A stretch of 64,000 nt of DNA. Origin: a virus (taxonomy: Duplodnaviria > Caudoviricetes). The stretch is from the IMG/VR virus record IMGVR_UViG_3300025357_000008, positions 1 through 64,000 of that record; one strand, given 5' to 3'. Shown piece after piece: positions 49,017 to 58,111 of the stretch (position 1 is the first letter of the stretch; every line of letters starts with the position of its first letter). Below the pieces are notes generated by a model, which had not been told where the DNA came from, ran no database searches, and saw only the letters and a program-made list of their open reading frames with translations. A program made the position numbers and the translations under genes.

Positions 49017-49565
49017 ATGAGAAAGACAATTGTTGCAATCGCCACTATGGCAGTTCTAGGAATGGCATCTGCCGCTGATTTCGTATCAGTAGGTGTTGAT
49101 GCAAACCAAAGCCGTTCTGATAAGTCTCAACATGCTACAGTAGAAACTATTCGTGCAGGTAAAGATATCGGTGCAGGTTTTGATGTCGTGATTCAAGACC
49201 GTACTCAAGTTCAAACTCAAGGCGGAATGTATAATAGTATTGAAGGTACTTTAGGTTTTCAAGCAAGTGTTTTAAACGTGTATGCAGGTCTTGGTCGTGA
49301 CCAAGGTTTGAATGCCGCTAAAGATACAGCATACAACTATGGTTTAGTTGGTGGTACTTTGGGTAGCAAAGTTGGTCCTGTTTATGCATTTGCTGGTGCA
49401 AAGACACACGCTAACTGGGACAAAGATGCACCTAAGCAAACTGTAGCATATACAGGCGTTTCATATCCAGTAACTAAATCTTTAGCTGTTGAATTGAACG
49501 CATCTGCATCATTCCAAGACATTAAAGACAAACAAGCTGGCGTTGCCGCTCGTGTAAGTTTCTAA
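49017..49565 (+). CDS. Outer-membrane beta-barrel (porin-like) protein
   Basis: Signal peptide ...ASA, alternating amphipathic strands, C-terminal ARVSF (terminal Phe). Confidence 0.7.
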   Translation: MRKTIVAIATMAVLGMASAADFVSVGVDANQSRSDKSQHATVETIRAGKDIGAGFDVVIQDRTQVQTQGGMYNSIEGTLGFQASVLNVYAGLGRDQGLNAAKDTAYNYGLVGGTLGSKVGPVYAFAGAKTHANWDKDAPKQTVAYTGVSYPVTKSLAVELNASASFQDIKDKQAGVAARVSF

Positions 49566-49581
49566 TAGTCTAAATAAATCA

Positions 49582-49688
49582 ATGAGTTAAGGGACTCTCA
49601 ATAAAAGTCCCAATTATGAATCTACGCTATTCATAATCTCATCCTCCACACACCATATAGGAGGCCGGCAACTCATCAGAGTTATGCC
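49582..49688 (+). ncRNA. Candidate structured RNA or leader (three-way junction plus two hairpins)
   Basis: ATGAG/CTCAT encloses GGGACT/AGTCCC and ATTATGAA/TTCATAAT; then CCTCC/GGAGG and GGCAACTC/GAGTTATGCC. Confidence 0.4.
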
Positions 49689-49707
49689 CAATCATCAAGG
49701 AGACCGA

Positions 49708-50199
49708 ATGAAGTTCCTAAACAAGACTTTGTTTCTAATTCTATCATTGGCATTAATTACTACTAATGCAAAAGAGTCACCATCTATAACTCAAGCAGTT
49801 AAAGATGATTTCAATAAACAAGTGCTTTGCATGGCAAAGAATCTATACTATGAAGCCGCTACCGAGCCATATGAGGGAAAGTTGGCCGTAGCACAAGTCG
49901 TTATGAATCGTACACAAAACAAAAACTATCCATCAGATATCTGTGGGGTTGTGTATCAGAAAACAGGTGACACATGCCAATTTACATGGGTATGTGAAAA
50001 AGTATCAAATATTCGCAACGAATATGCATGGGAAGAATCTCTGTTAGTTGCAAAGAAAGCGATGACAGAAAGTATCTTACATAAAGATATTGCTAAGGCA
50101 AAGATTCTATTCTATCACGCCAATTACGTCCATCCTGCATGGAGTAATATACATCCGGTAAAGACTATTGGCAATCATATCTTTTATGCCAAATATTAA
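49708..50199 (+). CDS. SleB-like cell wall hydrolase (Hydrolase_2)
   Basis: CMAKNLYYEA, AVAQVVMNR, ICGVVYQ, CQFTW, FYHANYV, IGNHIFY. Confidence 0.92.
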   Translation: MKFLNKTLFLILSLALITTNAKESPSITQAVKDDFNKQVLCMAKNLYYEAATEPYEGKLAVAQVVMNRTQNKNYPSDICGVVYQKTGDTCQFTWVCEKVSNIRNEYAWEESLLVAKKAMTESILHKDIAKAKILFYHANYVHPAWSNIHPVKTIGNHIFYAKY

Positions 50200-50235
50200 C
50201 TTGACTTGAATCACTTAGTGTGATATAATTATATT

Positions 50236-50463
50236 ATGACAACACCTACTAAATCTGAAATAAGCAACTTTTCTCTTTTGATTGAAACAATATCAAAGGA
50301 TAAAGGTTTATCTAAAATGGAAGCTATTCTTTGGCATTGTGAGCAAACGGGACTAGAGGTTGATGTAGCATCAAAGCTAATCACCTCTGCCCTTAAAGCA
50401 AAGATACGAGAAGAGGCGCAAGAACTTAATTTACTTAAGAGAACCTCTAAACTACCTATATGA
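50236..50463 (+). CDS. gp33: Late transcription co-activator (T4 gp33-like)
   Basis: LITSALKAKIREEAQELNLL; synteny with gp59 and gp32. Confidence 0.85.
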   Translation: MTTPTKSEISNFSLLIETISKDKGLSKMEAILWHCEQTGLEVDVASKLITSALKAKIREEAQELNLLKRTSKLPI

Positions 50464-51062
50464 TTGACGAGAACACAGGCTTTGCGGCATGTTCATTATA
50501 TAATGCGATTAAACTTCATTTTACTACTGATTCTTACGATTACTTTAAGTACAACGGTAAAACCAATGTCTCAAAGGATCAATTTTCAAAACGAAAAGAC
50601 AAGTTTCAGTTTTACAAATTAGCCAAAAAGTATAGTTATGATGAACTGAAAGACTTCTTAGTTGCCAATTTTTTAGTAACTAATGTTAAGTGGGCCGGTA
50701 ATCTTTTAGAGAATGATGCACATGAGAACTATCTCAAATGGCAGAAAAGAAATCAAGCATTGACTTATAACTTCAAACAAGATATAATGCATCTCAGAGA
50801 CTTGGTTGAAGAGCCAAGAGAGTTATTATATGTTAACAATGGTGAGTATCCTATATTGCTGAGAGAGTTAATGCATGATGATGTGAAAATTGAAACGGTA
50901 TGCATTATGGAGAATCTTCTGCAATTCATACCGATGTGGAGTGAGAAGATAAGCGATTCAATAATATGGCCAAATTACAGACTTCAGATTTTAAAATACA
51001 CACCGTTTTTAAAATATGATAAAGATGACTTTAAGAAAACTTTGAAAGATATTTTATTATGA
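50460..51062 (+). CDS. gp59: Helicase loader (T4 gp59-like)
   Basis: YNAIKLHFTTDSYDYFKYNGK...FSKRKDKFQFYKLAKKY. Confidence 0.9.
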   Translation: MIDENTGFAACSLYNAIKLHFTTDSYDYFKYNGKTNVSKDQFSKRKDKFQFYKLAKKYSYDELKDFLVANFLVTNVKWAGNLLENDAHENYLKWQKRNQALTYNFKQDIMHLRDLVEEPRELLYVNNGEYPILLRELMHDDVKIETVCIMENLLQFIPMWSEKISDSIIWPNYRLQILKYTPFLKYDKDDFKKTLKDILL

Positions 51063-51538
51063 TTGAAACTATTTACCTTGATATGGATGGTGTTATCTGT
51101 GACTTTCAAAAACGGTACATTGACTTGTACAAGAATCACACAGACATGGCAGAACGTAAAGGTACATTTGGTACATGTTTTACGCATTTCATTAACACTC
51201 GTCAGTTTGAAACGCTAGAACCTATGGAAGACATGAAAGAACTCATCAAGTTCTTAGATGAAGCCTACCCACCTGTACACATTCTATCCTCATCTGCAAG
51301 AGAAGATTCACATGAAACAATCTCTGAGCAAAAGACAGTATGGCTAAAGAATCATGGTATTGAATACCCAAGACACTTTGTACCTGGTAAGTCTCTCAAG
51401 TACAAATATGCGAATAAGGACTCAATCATTATTGATGACACTAGAAGTGTTATTGACGATTGGATTGAAGCCGGTGGAATTGCTATTTGGCATAAAAGTG
51501 CCAAAGAAACAATAGAAGAGTTACAAAAACTCTTATAA
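51059..51538 (+). CDS. HAD-family 5'(3')-deoxyribonucleotidase-like protein
   Basis: YLDMDGVICDF, K..WL, IIIDD, W..AGG. Confidence 0.85.
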   Translation: MIETIYLDMDGVICDFQKRYIDLYKNHTDMAERKGTFGTCFTHFINTRQFETLEPMEDMKELIKFLDEAYPPVHILSSSAREDSHETISEQKTVWLKNHGIEYPRHFVPGKSLKYKYANKDSIIIDDTRSVIDDWIEAGGIAIWHKSAKETIEELQKLL

Positions 51539-51604
51539 ATAGACTATATTATGAATAATGCGAAATAAGTCGAAATACAACGTATACAACGAAAGGAAAT
51601 ACAT

Positions 51605-52486
51605 ATGGTAGATTTTTCTAAACTAAAGAAAAGAGCGGAAGAAGGTTCAAATCTAGACCGTCTTGCAAAAGCCGCTGAAGCACTCAACACCTCATTCGAT
51701 GGTGCACAAAACAAAGAACTATTTTGGAAACCTGAAGTCGATAAGGCTGGCAATGGTATGGCCGAAATTCGTTTCTTACCTACACCTCCACAAGATGGTG
51801 AAGATGGTTTACAATGGGTCAAATACTTTCATCACGGCTTTCAAGGTCCTGGTGGCTGGTTAATTGATAATTGTTTGACAACTCACGGTAAGAACTGTCC
51901 TGTTTGTGAGAGCAATAGTTTGTTATGGAACTCCGGTATTGAAGCCAATAAACAAGTAGCAAGAGATAGAAAGCGTAAGTTAAATTACGTATCTAATGTC
52001 TACATTGTTTCTGACCCAAAACATCCAGAGAATGAAGGTAAGGTATTCTTATTCAAATACGGTAAGAAAATCTACGAAAAATTGGTAGAGGCATGGAACC
52101 CATCATTCCCTGATGAGAAGCCATTTGATCCATTTGATTTGTGGAAAGGTGCCAACTTCAAGTTGAAGATTCGTAAAGTTGATGGTTACCAATCTTATGA
52201 TAAGTCTGAGTTTACATCACCAGCACCATTGAGTAATGATGATGACGAACTTGAAAAGATTTATAACTCTGAGCACTCTTTACAAGTACTTGTAGGCGAT
52301 AAAGAGTTCAAGTCTTATGATGACCTCAAAAAGCGTTTAGACAAGGTCCTAGGGGTTTCTGATACGCCTAAGACTACTGTAGAAACAATCAAAGCGGAAG
52401 CTCCTAAAGCAAAGTTTAAAGATGCCGAATTGGTAGCAGAAGACGATGACTTAGATTACTTCTCACGCTTGGCAGAGGAAGATTGA
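51605..52486 (+). CDS. gp32: Single-stranded DNA-binding protein (T4 gp32-like)
   Basis: DKAGNG..IRFLP, H..C..CPVC Zn site, GANFKLK, acidic tail DDDLDYFSRLAEED. Confidence 0.96.
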   Translation: MVDFSKLKKRAEEGSNLDRLAKAAEALNTSFDGAQNKELFWKPEVDKAGNGMAEIRFLPTPPQDGEDGLQWVKYFHHGFQGPGGWLIDNCLTTHGKNCPVCESNSLLWNSGIEANKQVARDRKRKLNYVSNVYIVSDPKHPENEGKVFLFKYGKKIYEKLVEAWNPSFPDEKPFDPFDLWKGANFKLKIRKVDGYQSYDKSEFTSPAPLSNDDDELEKIYNSEHSLQVLVGDKEFKSYDDLKKRLDKVLGVSDTPKTTVETIKAEAPKAKFKDAELVAEDDDLDYFSRLAEED

Positions 52487-52503
52487 GTCAACTAATAACA
52501 TTC

Positions 52504-52549
52504 ATAGAAAAAATCAATTAGATTTTAATATGAAATTGTGATAAACTAT
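52504..52549. promoter_or_regulatory. OxyR/LysR-type operator upstream of rubrerythrin
   Basis: ATAG-N7-CAAT-N16-ATTG-N7-CTAT. Confidence 0.55.
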
Positions 52550-52598
52550 GATAAGTAGTCCATAAGATTACTTATCATTTTTTAACTAAGGAGATTAT

Positions 52599-53051
52599 AT
52601 GAGTGGAACGTTAAACAATCTTGAAAGTGCATTGGCCGGTGAGTCAATGGCACATATCAAGTATAGATACTTTGCTAAGATTGCAAGGGAAGAAGGCTTT
52701 GAAGATGTTGCAAAACACTTTGAGCATACAGCAGACCAAGAAATCAAACACGCATGGGGTCATTTAGAATTGCTAATTGGTAAACCTTCTACGAAAGAAT
52801 GCCTACAAAAAGCAATTGACGGTGAAACGTATGAGTTTACCGAAATGTATCCTAAGTTTCATACTATTGCAGTAGCCGAAGGTAAGTCTGAAATTATGAA
52901 AGAGTTTCAGGATCAAATTACCGAATCAAAAGAACATGCAGAGCAATTTTCATTAGTTCTTAAGAAAGCGGAAAAGAGATTTGCGGCTCTTGCTAAAGTA
53001 GAAAAGAAACATGCGGAAGCATATCAAGCAGTATTAGGAGGTTTACAATGA
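52599..53051 (+). CDS. Rubrerythrin
   Basis: NLESALAGESMA..KY..FA..AREEG, EIKHA, ETYE..EMYP, ESKEHA diiron motifs. Confidence 0.92.
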   Translation: MSGTLNNLESALAGESMAHIKYRYFAKIAREEGFEDVAKHFEHTADQEIKHAWGHLELLIGKPSTKECLQKAIDGETYEFTEMYPKFHTIAVAEGKSEIMKEFQDQITESKEHAEQFSLVLKKAEKRFAALAKVEKKHAEAYQAVLGGLQ

Positions 53052-53179
53052 GATATTACCGTTGTGTAGTTTGTGGACACATTCTTTCTGAAGAAGATTA
53101 TGCATCTTTACCCGACTCTGTTGGATGCCCTGAGTGTGGTGTTTCTAAAGAAGATTACGAACTCGTTATCGAAGATTAA
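53048..53179 (+). CDS. Rubredoxin (43 aa)
   Basis: Hand-translated MRYYRCVVCGHILSEEDYASLPDSVGCPECGVSKEDYELVIED; AGGAGG RBS; ATGA overlap. Confidence 0.88.
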   Translation: MRYYRCVVCGHILSEEDYASLPDSVGCPECGVSKEDYELVIED

Positions 53180-53215
53180 AACTCTTTCTTCTTAAGTGTC
53201 TTCTGGAGAGTTTTG

Positions 53216-53240
53216 ACCCACCGCAAGGTGGGTTTTTTGT
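53216..53240 (+). terminator. Intrinsic terminator
   Basis: acccacc-gcaa-ggtgggt followed by a T run. Confidence 0.8.
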
Positions 53241-55216
53241 TAGCAGGCTATAGCATAATTCAACTGACATTGACGTAGTGACGTATCGGTACTTCTAACA
53301 AGACCGATACCATCACCTTCCTTACGTTTTAAACCTGGACCTTCTGTAGTATTTGTGACGGTAGGCATTATAATAGTTGCACCGTTGTTCATGTCGGTAT
53401 CAGTTGCAAGATTTTCAACTTTTTTAAGCATTATTTGTGCATTACTCAGTAAATCATTATAACCGGATCTCATATTATTTTTCGCAATATGAGTTTCTTT
53501 GTTTACAGAAGTTATTGCATTTTGTTCTAATTGCACAGACCAATTTTTTAATTTGTTAACATCAAATCCGGTAAGTTCTTTGAGTTTATCGAATTGTGTA
53601 TTGGCTTTTTTCTGAAGAATTTCCTCAAGTGTTCTTGAAAGTAATTCTTTTGAGTCAACTTGATTGCCTTCTTCATCATAAAAATACGGCTTCATTTGAG
53701 TCATATCATAACGCAGTTCATTTGTCTTTGGATTTGCTAATCTCAAACCTTGACGTACCATATCAGGAACAAGATGTTCTTTTTGGTAGTTCATAATCAT
53801 TTTAGATATTTCTGGATCAGTAGGACCTTTACCTGTGTTATCCATTTCCATTGTTGCTTCAGGTCCATAATATAATAATTTTTCTTTACTCTCTGCACTT
53901 TGATTAGTTTCTGCAAATGCTTTTTTATATTCGGCGGCACCTAAAGCAAAACCTGCCATACCAGCACCTTTTGCACCTTCAATTATTATATTCGCTAAAG
54001 CTACTTCTGGTGCCGCTGGTCCAGCCTTTGGAGCCTTTATACGACTCTCTACCGCACCAACACCAGCCCCTGCAACTTCTCCAACAACACCCCCTTGCAT
54101 TGCGGCACCTAAAACACCCAAAAGTTTATCTACCGTACTTGCATTAGTATACGGATTTTCTTGTTCTTTCTTTAAAATTTCAAGAAGGTCATATTTTTGT
54201 TTTTCTTCTTCAGGAGTTGGCATAGTTGTATTTTGCAAAATTGCCATTCCTGCTTTTAACAAAAGTCTTCGTCTCGCAATTTTATTTTTTTCTTCTGCCT
54301 CAGATTGAGAACCACCTTCACCTGTACCGGTTAATGCTTGAAGGGCTTTCATAGCACCAAGTTTAGCCTCATGTTTCGATAACCATTTAAAAATTTCTTC
54401 AATAGCCAAACCGATAGCGGCAAATGTTTTATTGAAGATAGGTCCTATTAACCCTACGACTTTTAAAACTGCTTTACCAACCATCTCAGCAAAATCTAAT
54501 CCTATTTCACCCACAAATTTAAGAACATCAACAAGACCTTTACCAATTTCAAAAAGAGTTTTACCAATATTCAAAAAGATTTTTTCGACAAACTTGAATA
54601 CATCTTTAAAGAATTCACCAATTGCTTCAATCGGTTTCATTATATCTTTAAATAGAGCCTCAAGTTTTTCCTTGAGTGATTTAGATTTTTTCTTTTCATC
54701 ATCATTATCAACTTTTACTGTAGTATGACCCATACCAGCAATTGCTTTTAATAACTCTTGATGTCTCTTTTCTTCATCATCTTTTCTTTGTTGTGAATGT
54801 TCCGATTCAAGTTCCCAACGTTTTAGACTTTCATCATGTTCTTTTTGCATCAAATTAAACATCTTTGCAAGAATATCTGCACTAGAATCACCAATACGTA
54901 ATTTAGTTGCACGACCAGGACCAACTTTGGTATAGTTTGGATTTTTATTACGTTTTTGTTTGTCGAGATAATATCTAATCGTACTAGATTTCCTACCAAA
55001 TAATCTACCAACAATAGCAGTAGTCAACGGTGAGTTAAGCATATTAACCCAATTCAATGGGTCAAATTTCTCTTGCAACTTAGTTGCTCTAGCTTTAAAT
55101 TTAGAACCGATAGCAGTTTTATATGAACCAACAATACTACCTCCATTGGCAATATTTTGAATTGTTAATTCTTTAACACTTCTACCTCTGACTCTTCGTG
55201 CTGTTTCGTAATCCAT
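53240..55216 (-). CDS. Large helical tail/baseplate-hub protein (tape-measure-like)
   Basis: Amphipathic helical repeats; lies after gp51 and gp26. Confidence 0.5.
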   Translation of the reverse strand: MDYETARRVRGRSVKELTIQNIANGGSIVGSYKTAIGSKFKARATKLQEKFDPLNWVNMLNSPLTTAIVGRLFGRKSSTIRYYLDKQKRNKNPNYTKVGPGRATKLRIGDSSADILAKMFNLMQKEHDESLKRWELESEHSQQRKDDEEKRHQELLKAIAGMGHTTVKVDNDDEKKKSKSLKEKLEALFKDIMKPIEAIGEFFKDVFKFVEKIFLNIGKTLFEIGKGLVDVLKFVGEIGLDFAEMVGKAVLKVVGLIGPIFNKTFAAIGLAIEEIFKWLSKHEAKLGAMKALQALTGTGEGGSQSEAEEKNKIARRRLLLKAGMAILQNTTMPTPEEEKQKYDLLEILKKEQENPYTNASTVDKLLGVLGAAMQGGVVGEVAGAGVGAVESRIKAPKAGPAAPEVALANIIIEGAKGAGMAGFALGAAEYKKAFAETNQSAESKEKLLYYGPEATMEMDNTGKGPTDPEISKMIMNYQKEHLVPDMVRQGLRLANPKTNELRYDMTQMKPYFYDEEGNQVDSKELLSRTLEEILQKKANTQFDKLKELTGFDVNKLKNWSVQLEQNAITSVNKETHIAKNNMRSGYNDLLSNAQIMLKKVENLATDTDMNNGATIIMPTVTNTTEGPGLKRKEGDGIGLVRSTDTSLRQCQLNYAIAC

Positions 55217-56601
55217 TATTGTAATCCAAATTGTTTAACTATGTGAGCAGGTATCTCTTTGTTTGCTTGCCAGTTTCTAGCTTCAACATCTTGTATACCT
55301 TGTTTCACATCTTCAGTTTTATAGATATTGTACAAATCTTGTTTGATAATTGTGACTTTAGGTTTTCTCGGTTGACCTTTTGCATCTTGCATCGCTTTAA
55401 CTTTAACATCAGCATCTGCAAGTGGTGCTGTTTTTGGTACTAATTGTAGTTTAGTTGGTGTTTCAGGTTTTACGGCATTTGTTTCTGGTGCTTGAATGTC
55501 AGTAGTTTTTGACTCTATCTCAGGCTGTGCCATAGGCTTAGGTGTTTGTAAATGGTAATGTCCAGTCGGATTAGCACCACTTTTATCTGGTGGCTCATAT
55601 ATAACTTTTGTACCTGGTACTGTGCTTTGAAGTTCTGATTGAAGTTTCATTGCACCTTCACTTGTTAATTTTTCCGATGGTATGTTAATATCAGCACCAA
55701 ATCCACCTGGGTGCGGATGACTCATATCTTGATGTAATATATCTTGATGGTATTTGTCATTTAGTGCATTGATTTTTACATCAGGATGCATTTCTTTGAT
55801 TTTATTCATCACGGCAAGTAATTCTGGTGTTGATCCACCACCTGCAACTGCTTCTGGTGATTTTAAATTATCTACAAGATTGCCAAAATCTGTTTTGAGT
55901 TTACTAAATTTTGGTACTTTTTGTTCCATTGATTTAAGTAACTCACCTAAATCAGGAAATTTAAAGTCACTTACATTTTTCTTAAAACCCGCAAATGCTT
56001 TATCCATGCCAAATAAACCTAATCCCGCTAAACTAGCAAAAGCGGCATACTTAAGCCATGAATAGTTTTCAACATACTTTTGTTTTTTCTTTTTAGGTTG
56101 TTGATGACCTAATGCTTCAAGTAGTTTTTTGTTTCTATTATTCTTATGTTCATCTTCTAATTTTAACATTTTATCGCTTTCGAGTTGCGATTTTCTTTTC
56201 TTATCATAATTCTCGTTCATCATGTTTAACATTTTGGCAAGAATGTCGGCTTCCGAATCACCTTTTTTCAACTTTAAATGTGTGTTGGGTGCAACTTTAG
56301 ATATTTGTGGGTCTTTTTTAGGGCTAGAAATCTCTTCTTCTTCATTTTCTTGCATATTATCATCAGTCTTACCTTTTAATTTAGAGTTGCCGGTCATTGC
56401 TTTTGCAACTCTTTGAGGTTCAAATTTTTGTTGAACGTTTTCAACATACTCATTCATTACCGGTGATTCTTTTTGTCCCTTACGAATACCCAAGCCAATT
56501 TCAACAGACCTTTTTTGTTCGGGTGTGAGAGTCTCTAAGTTACTATAGAGAACTTCTAATTCACCCCCACCAAATAGTTTGTTGAATATTTCTTTTTCCA
56601 T
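55216..56601 (-). CDS. Tail-associated protein with peptidase M15-like (Hedgehog/DD-peptidase) domain
   Basis: TM segment, then SHPHPGGFGADI (H-x6-D) and GHYHLQ (HxH). Confidence 0.55.
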   Translation of the reverse strand: MEKEIFNKLFGGGELEVLYSNLETLTPEQKRSVEIGLGIRKGQKESPVMNEYVENVQQKFEPQRVAKAMTGNSKLKGKTDDNMQENEEEEISSPKKDPQISKVAPNTHLKLKKGDSEADILAKMLNMMNENYDKKRKSQLESDKMLKLEDEHKNNRNKKLLEALGHQQPKKKKQKYVENYSWLKYAAFASLAGLGLFGMDKAFAGFKKNVSDFKFPDLGELLKSMEQKVPKFSKLKTDFGNLVDNLKSPEAVAGGGSTPELLAVMNKIKEMHPDVKINALNDKYHQDILHQDMSHPHPGGFGADINIPSEKLTSEGAMKLQSELQSTVPGTKVIYEPPDKSGANPTGHYHLQTPKPMAQPEIESKTTDIQAPETNAVKPETPTKLQLVPKTAPLADADVKVKAMQDAKGQPRKPKVTIIKQDLYNIYKTEDVKQGIQDVEARNWQANKEIPAHIVKQFGLQ

Positions 56602-56604
56602 TTA

Positions 56605-56787
56605 TTACTTCTTAGCCCTTTGTTTTGCTTTCTCGTTTTCTTCTTCAATATATTGCATCAACAAAGTGATATAGATGTCTCTTTCCCAAGGTATCATTGT
56701 TTCAAGTTCGGTTAAACTATATTTGTGGTGTTGCAAAAGGGAAAAATTTGTCATATAGTAGTTTTTTAAACTATCATAACCGAACAT
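56605..56787 (-). CDS. gp51: Baseplate hub assembly protein (gp51-like)
   Basis: NYYMTNFSLLQHHKYSLTELETMIPWERDIY. Confidence 0.85.
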   Translation of the reverse strand: MFGYDSLKNYYMTNFSLLQHHKYSLTELETMIPWERDIYITLLMQYIEEENEKAKQRAKK

Positions 56788-57521
56788 TATCCGAAAAAAT
56801 TCTCTAGCCCTTCTACATCCATTGAATGATCAAAACCACATTTACTACATTTCATATCAACATGTTGTCTAATTCTTGGTAAATTTGAAAAGAAGTCTTC
56901 TAGTTTACTGAATTGTTCTTGACTCAAAGATTCTACAAATTCTGTAAGTTCTTCTTTTGTGCTATCAACCGCATAAAAGTATTGTTGCCCATCAAAGATG
57001 TATTCAATAGATTCAATCATAATATCAAATGCAACGTCTACCGCAGAATCTTTCTGTGCAAGTTTAGTTAGAATTGAGAACTTTGGGTATTTCAATTTAA
57101 TTGACATGGTATCTGTCAACTGTATTACATCTGGTTGATCCGGCATCTCAACATTGACTTCGAGCAAGTTGAGTTTGATTTCCATCTTGTTACCACATTG
57201 ACTTTCCCCAACTGTATTTGTACAGATATATTTGTTCTCTACAATCTCACCGACTGACCTTGCTCTTAAGTTTATGAAATAATACTCAATATCAGTAACC
57301 GGTAAGTCTTCAATGTCTAAATCTTTTGTTAAAGTACAATTCACTAATACTTGTCGAACATTACGCTCTAAAGTTTCTTTTTCATCGGCTTCTAAAGCCA
57401 TCATTAAGTTTCTTTGTTCTTTTACTAAAAAAGGTCTGAACAAAACTTCTTTTTTACTTACCGGTAAAACCAACGTATACGTTGGTGTATCAATTTTAGG
57501 CAATGCCATAATAATCTCCAA
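56787..57521 (-). CDS. gp26: Baseplate hub subunit (gp26-like)
   Basis: MALPKI.TPTY, FRPFLVKE, LRARSVGE, C-terminal CSKCG...EGLENFF. Confidence 0.9.
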   Translation of the reverse strand: MEIIMALPKIDTPTYTLVLPVSKKEVLFRPFLVKEQRNLMMALEADEKETLERNVRQVLVNCTLTKDLDIEDLPVTDIEYYFINLRARSVGEIVENKYICTNTVGESQCGNKMEIKLNLLEVNVEMPDQPDVIQLTDTMSIKLKYPKFSILTKLAQKDSAVDVAFDIMIESIEYIFDGQQYFYAVDSTKEELTEFVESLSQEQFSKLEDFFSNLPRIRQHVDMKCSKCGFDHSMDVEGLENFFG

Positions 57522-57526
57522 TCAAT

Positions 57527-58111
57527 TTAAAATGTTAATAGTGCTTGTTTTGCTGTTTGTCCTATTGACTTCAGGCTTATTGGGCTTGAAGTAGTGTTTG
57601 TCCAATATGTATATGCAAAATCTACAGAAACTCTATGAAAGTCTTCTGAATTCCATGCTAGATCCATTTGATTGACTGTCGTAGGAAACGCATCAATCAA
57701 TTTTACCTGATATGTTTTATTACCAGACATATCATATTGTGTAATTAAAATATCTACCACATAACTTGATTTGTAGTTGAAATTGAAATCTGTAGATGGG
57801 TTTACTAAATCCATCCATGCATCAAAGAAAACTTTCTCACCCATGTTACCGTTAACGATAAAATCTAATACGACATCGTTATAAGAAGTATGATACGGAA
57901 ACTTTTCTACCGGTGCAGAACCGATTTTCTTATCCATCATGGCAATGTTTCTGCCTGGTAACATTGCATTGTCGCAACGAAACGTTAATTGTCTACCGGT
58001 ACTAGCATAACTTGCAAGTGCAAGAGGTACTGGTATTGTCACATCAAACATAAACTTTCTGGCTACGTCTGAGCCAAAAGTGCTAATGAAATTACTGATT
58101 GGTGACGGCAT
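57527..58111 (-). CDS. Tail tube initiator / tube-fold protein (gp54/gp19-like)
   Basis: CDNAMLPGR, FFDAWMD, DAFPT, VDFAYTYW. Confidence 0.75.
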   Translation of the reverse strand: MPSPISNFISTFGSDVARKFMFDVTIPVPLALASYASTGRQLTFRCDNAMLPGRNIAMMDKKIGSAPVEKFPYHTSYNDVVLDFIVNGNMGEKVFFDAWMDLVNPSTDFNFNYKSSYVVDILITQYDMSGNKTYQVKLIDAFPTTVNQMDLAWNSEDFHRVSVDFAYTYWTNTTSSPISLKSIGQTAKQALLTF

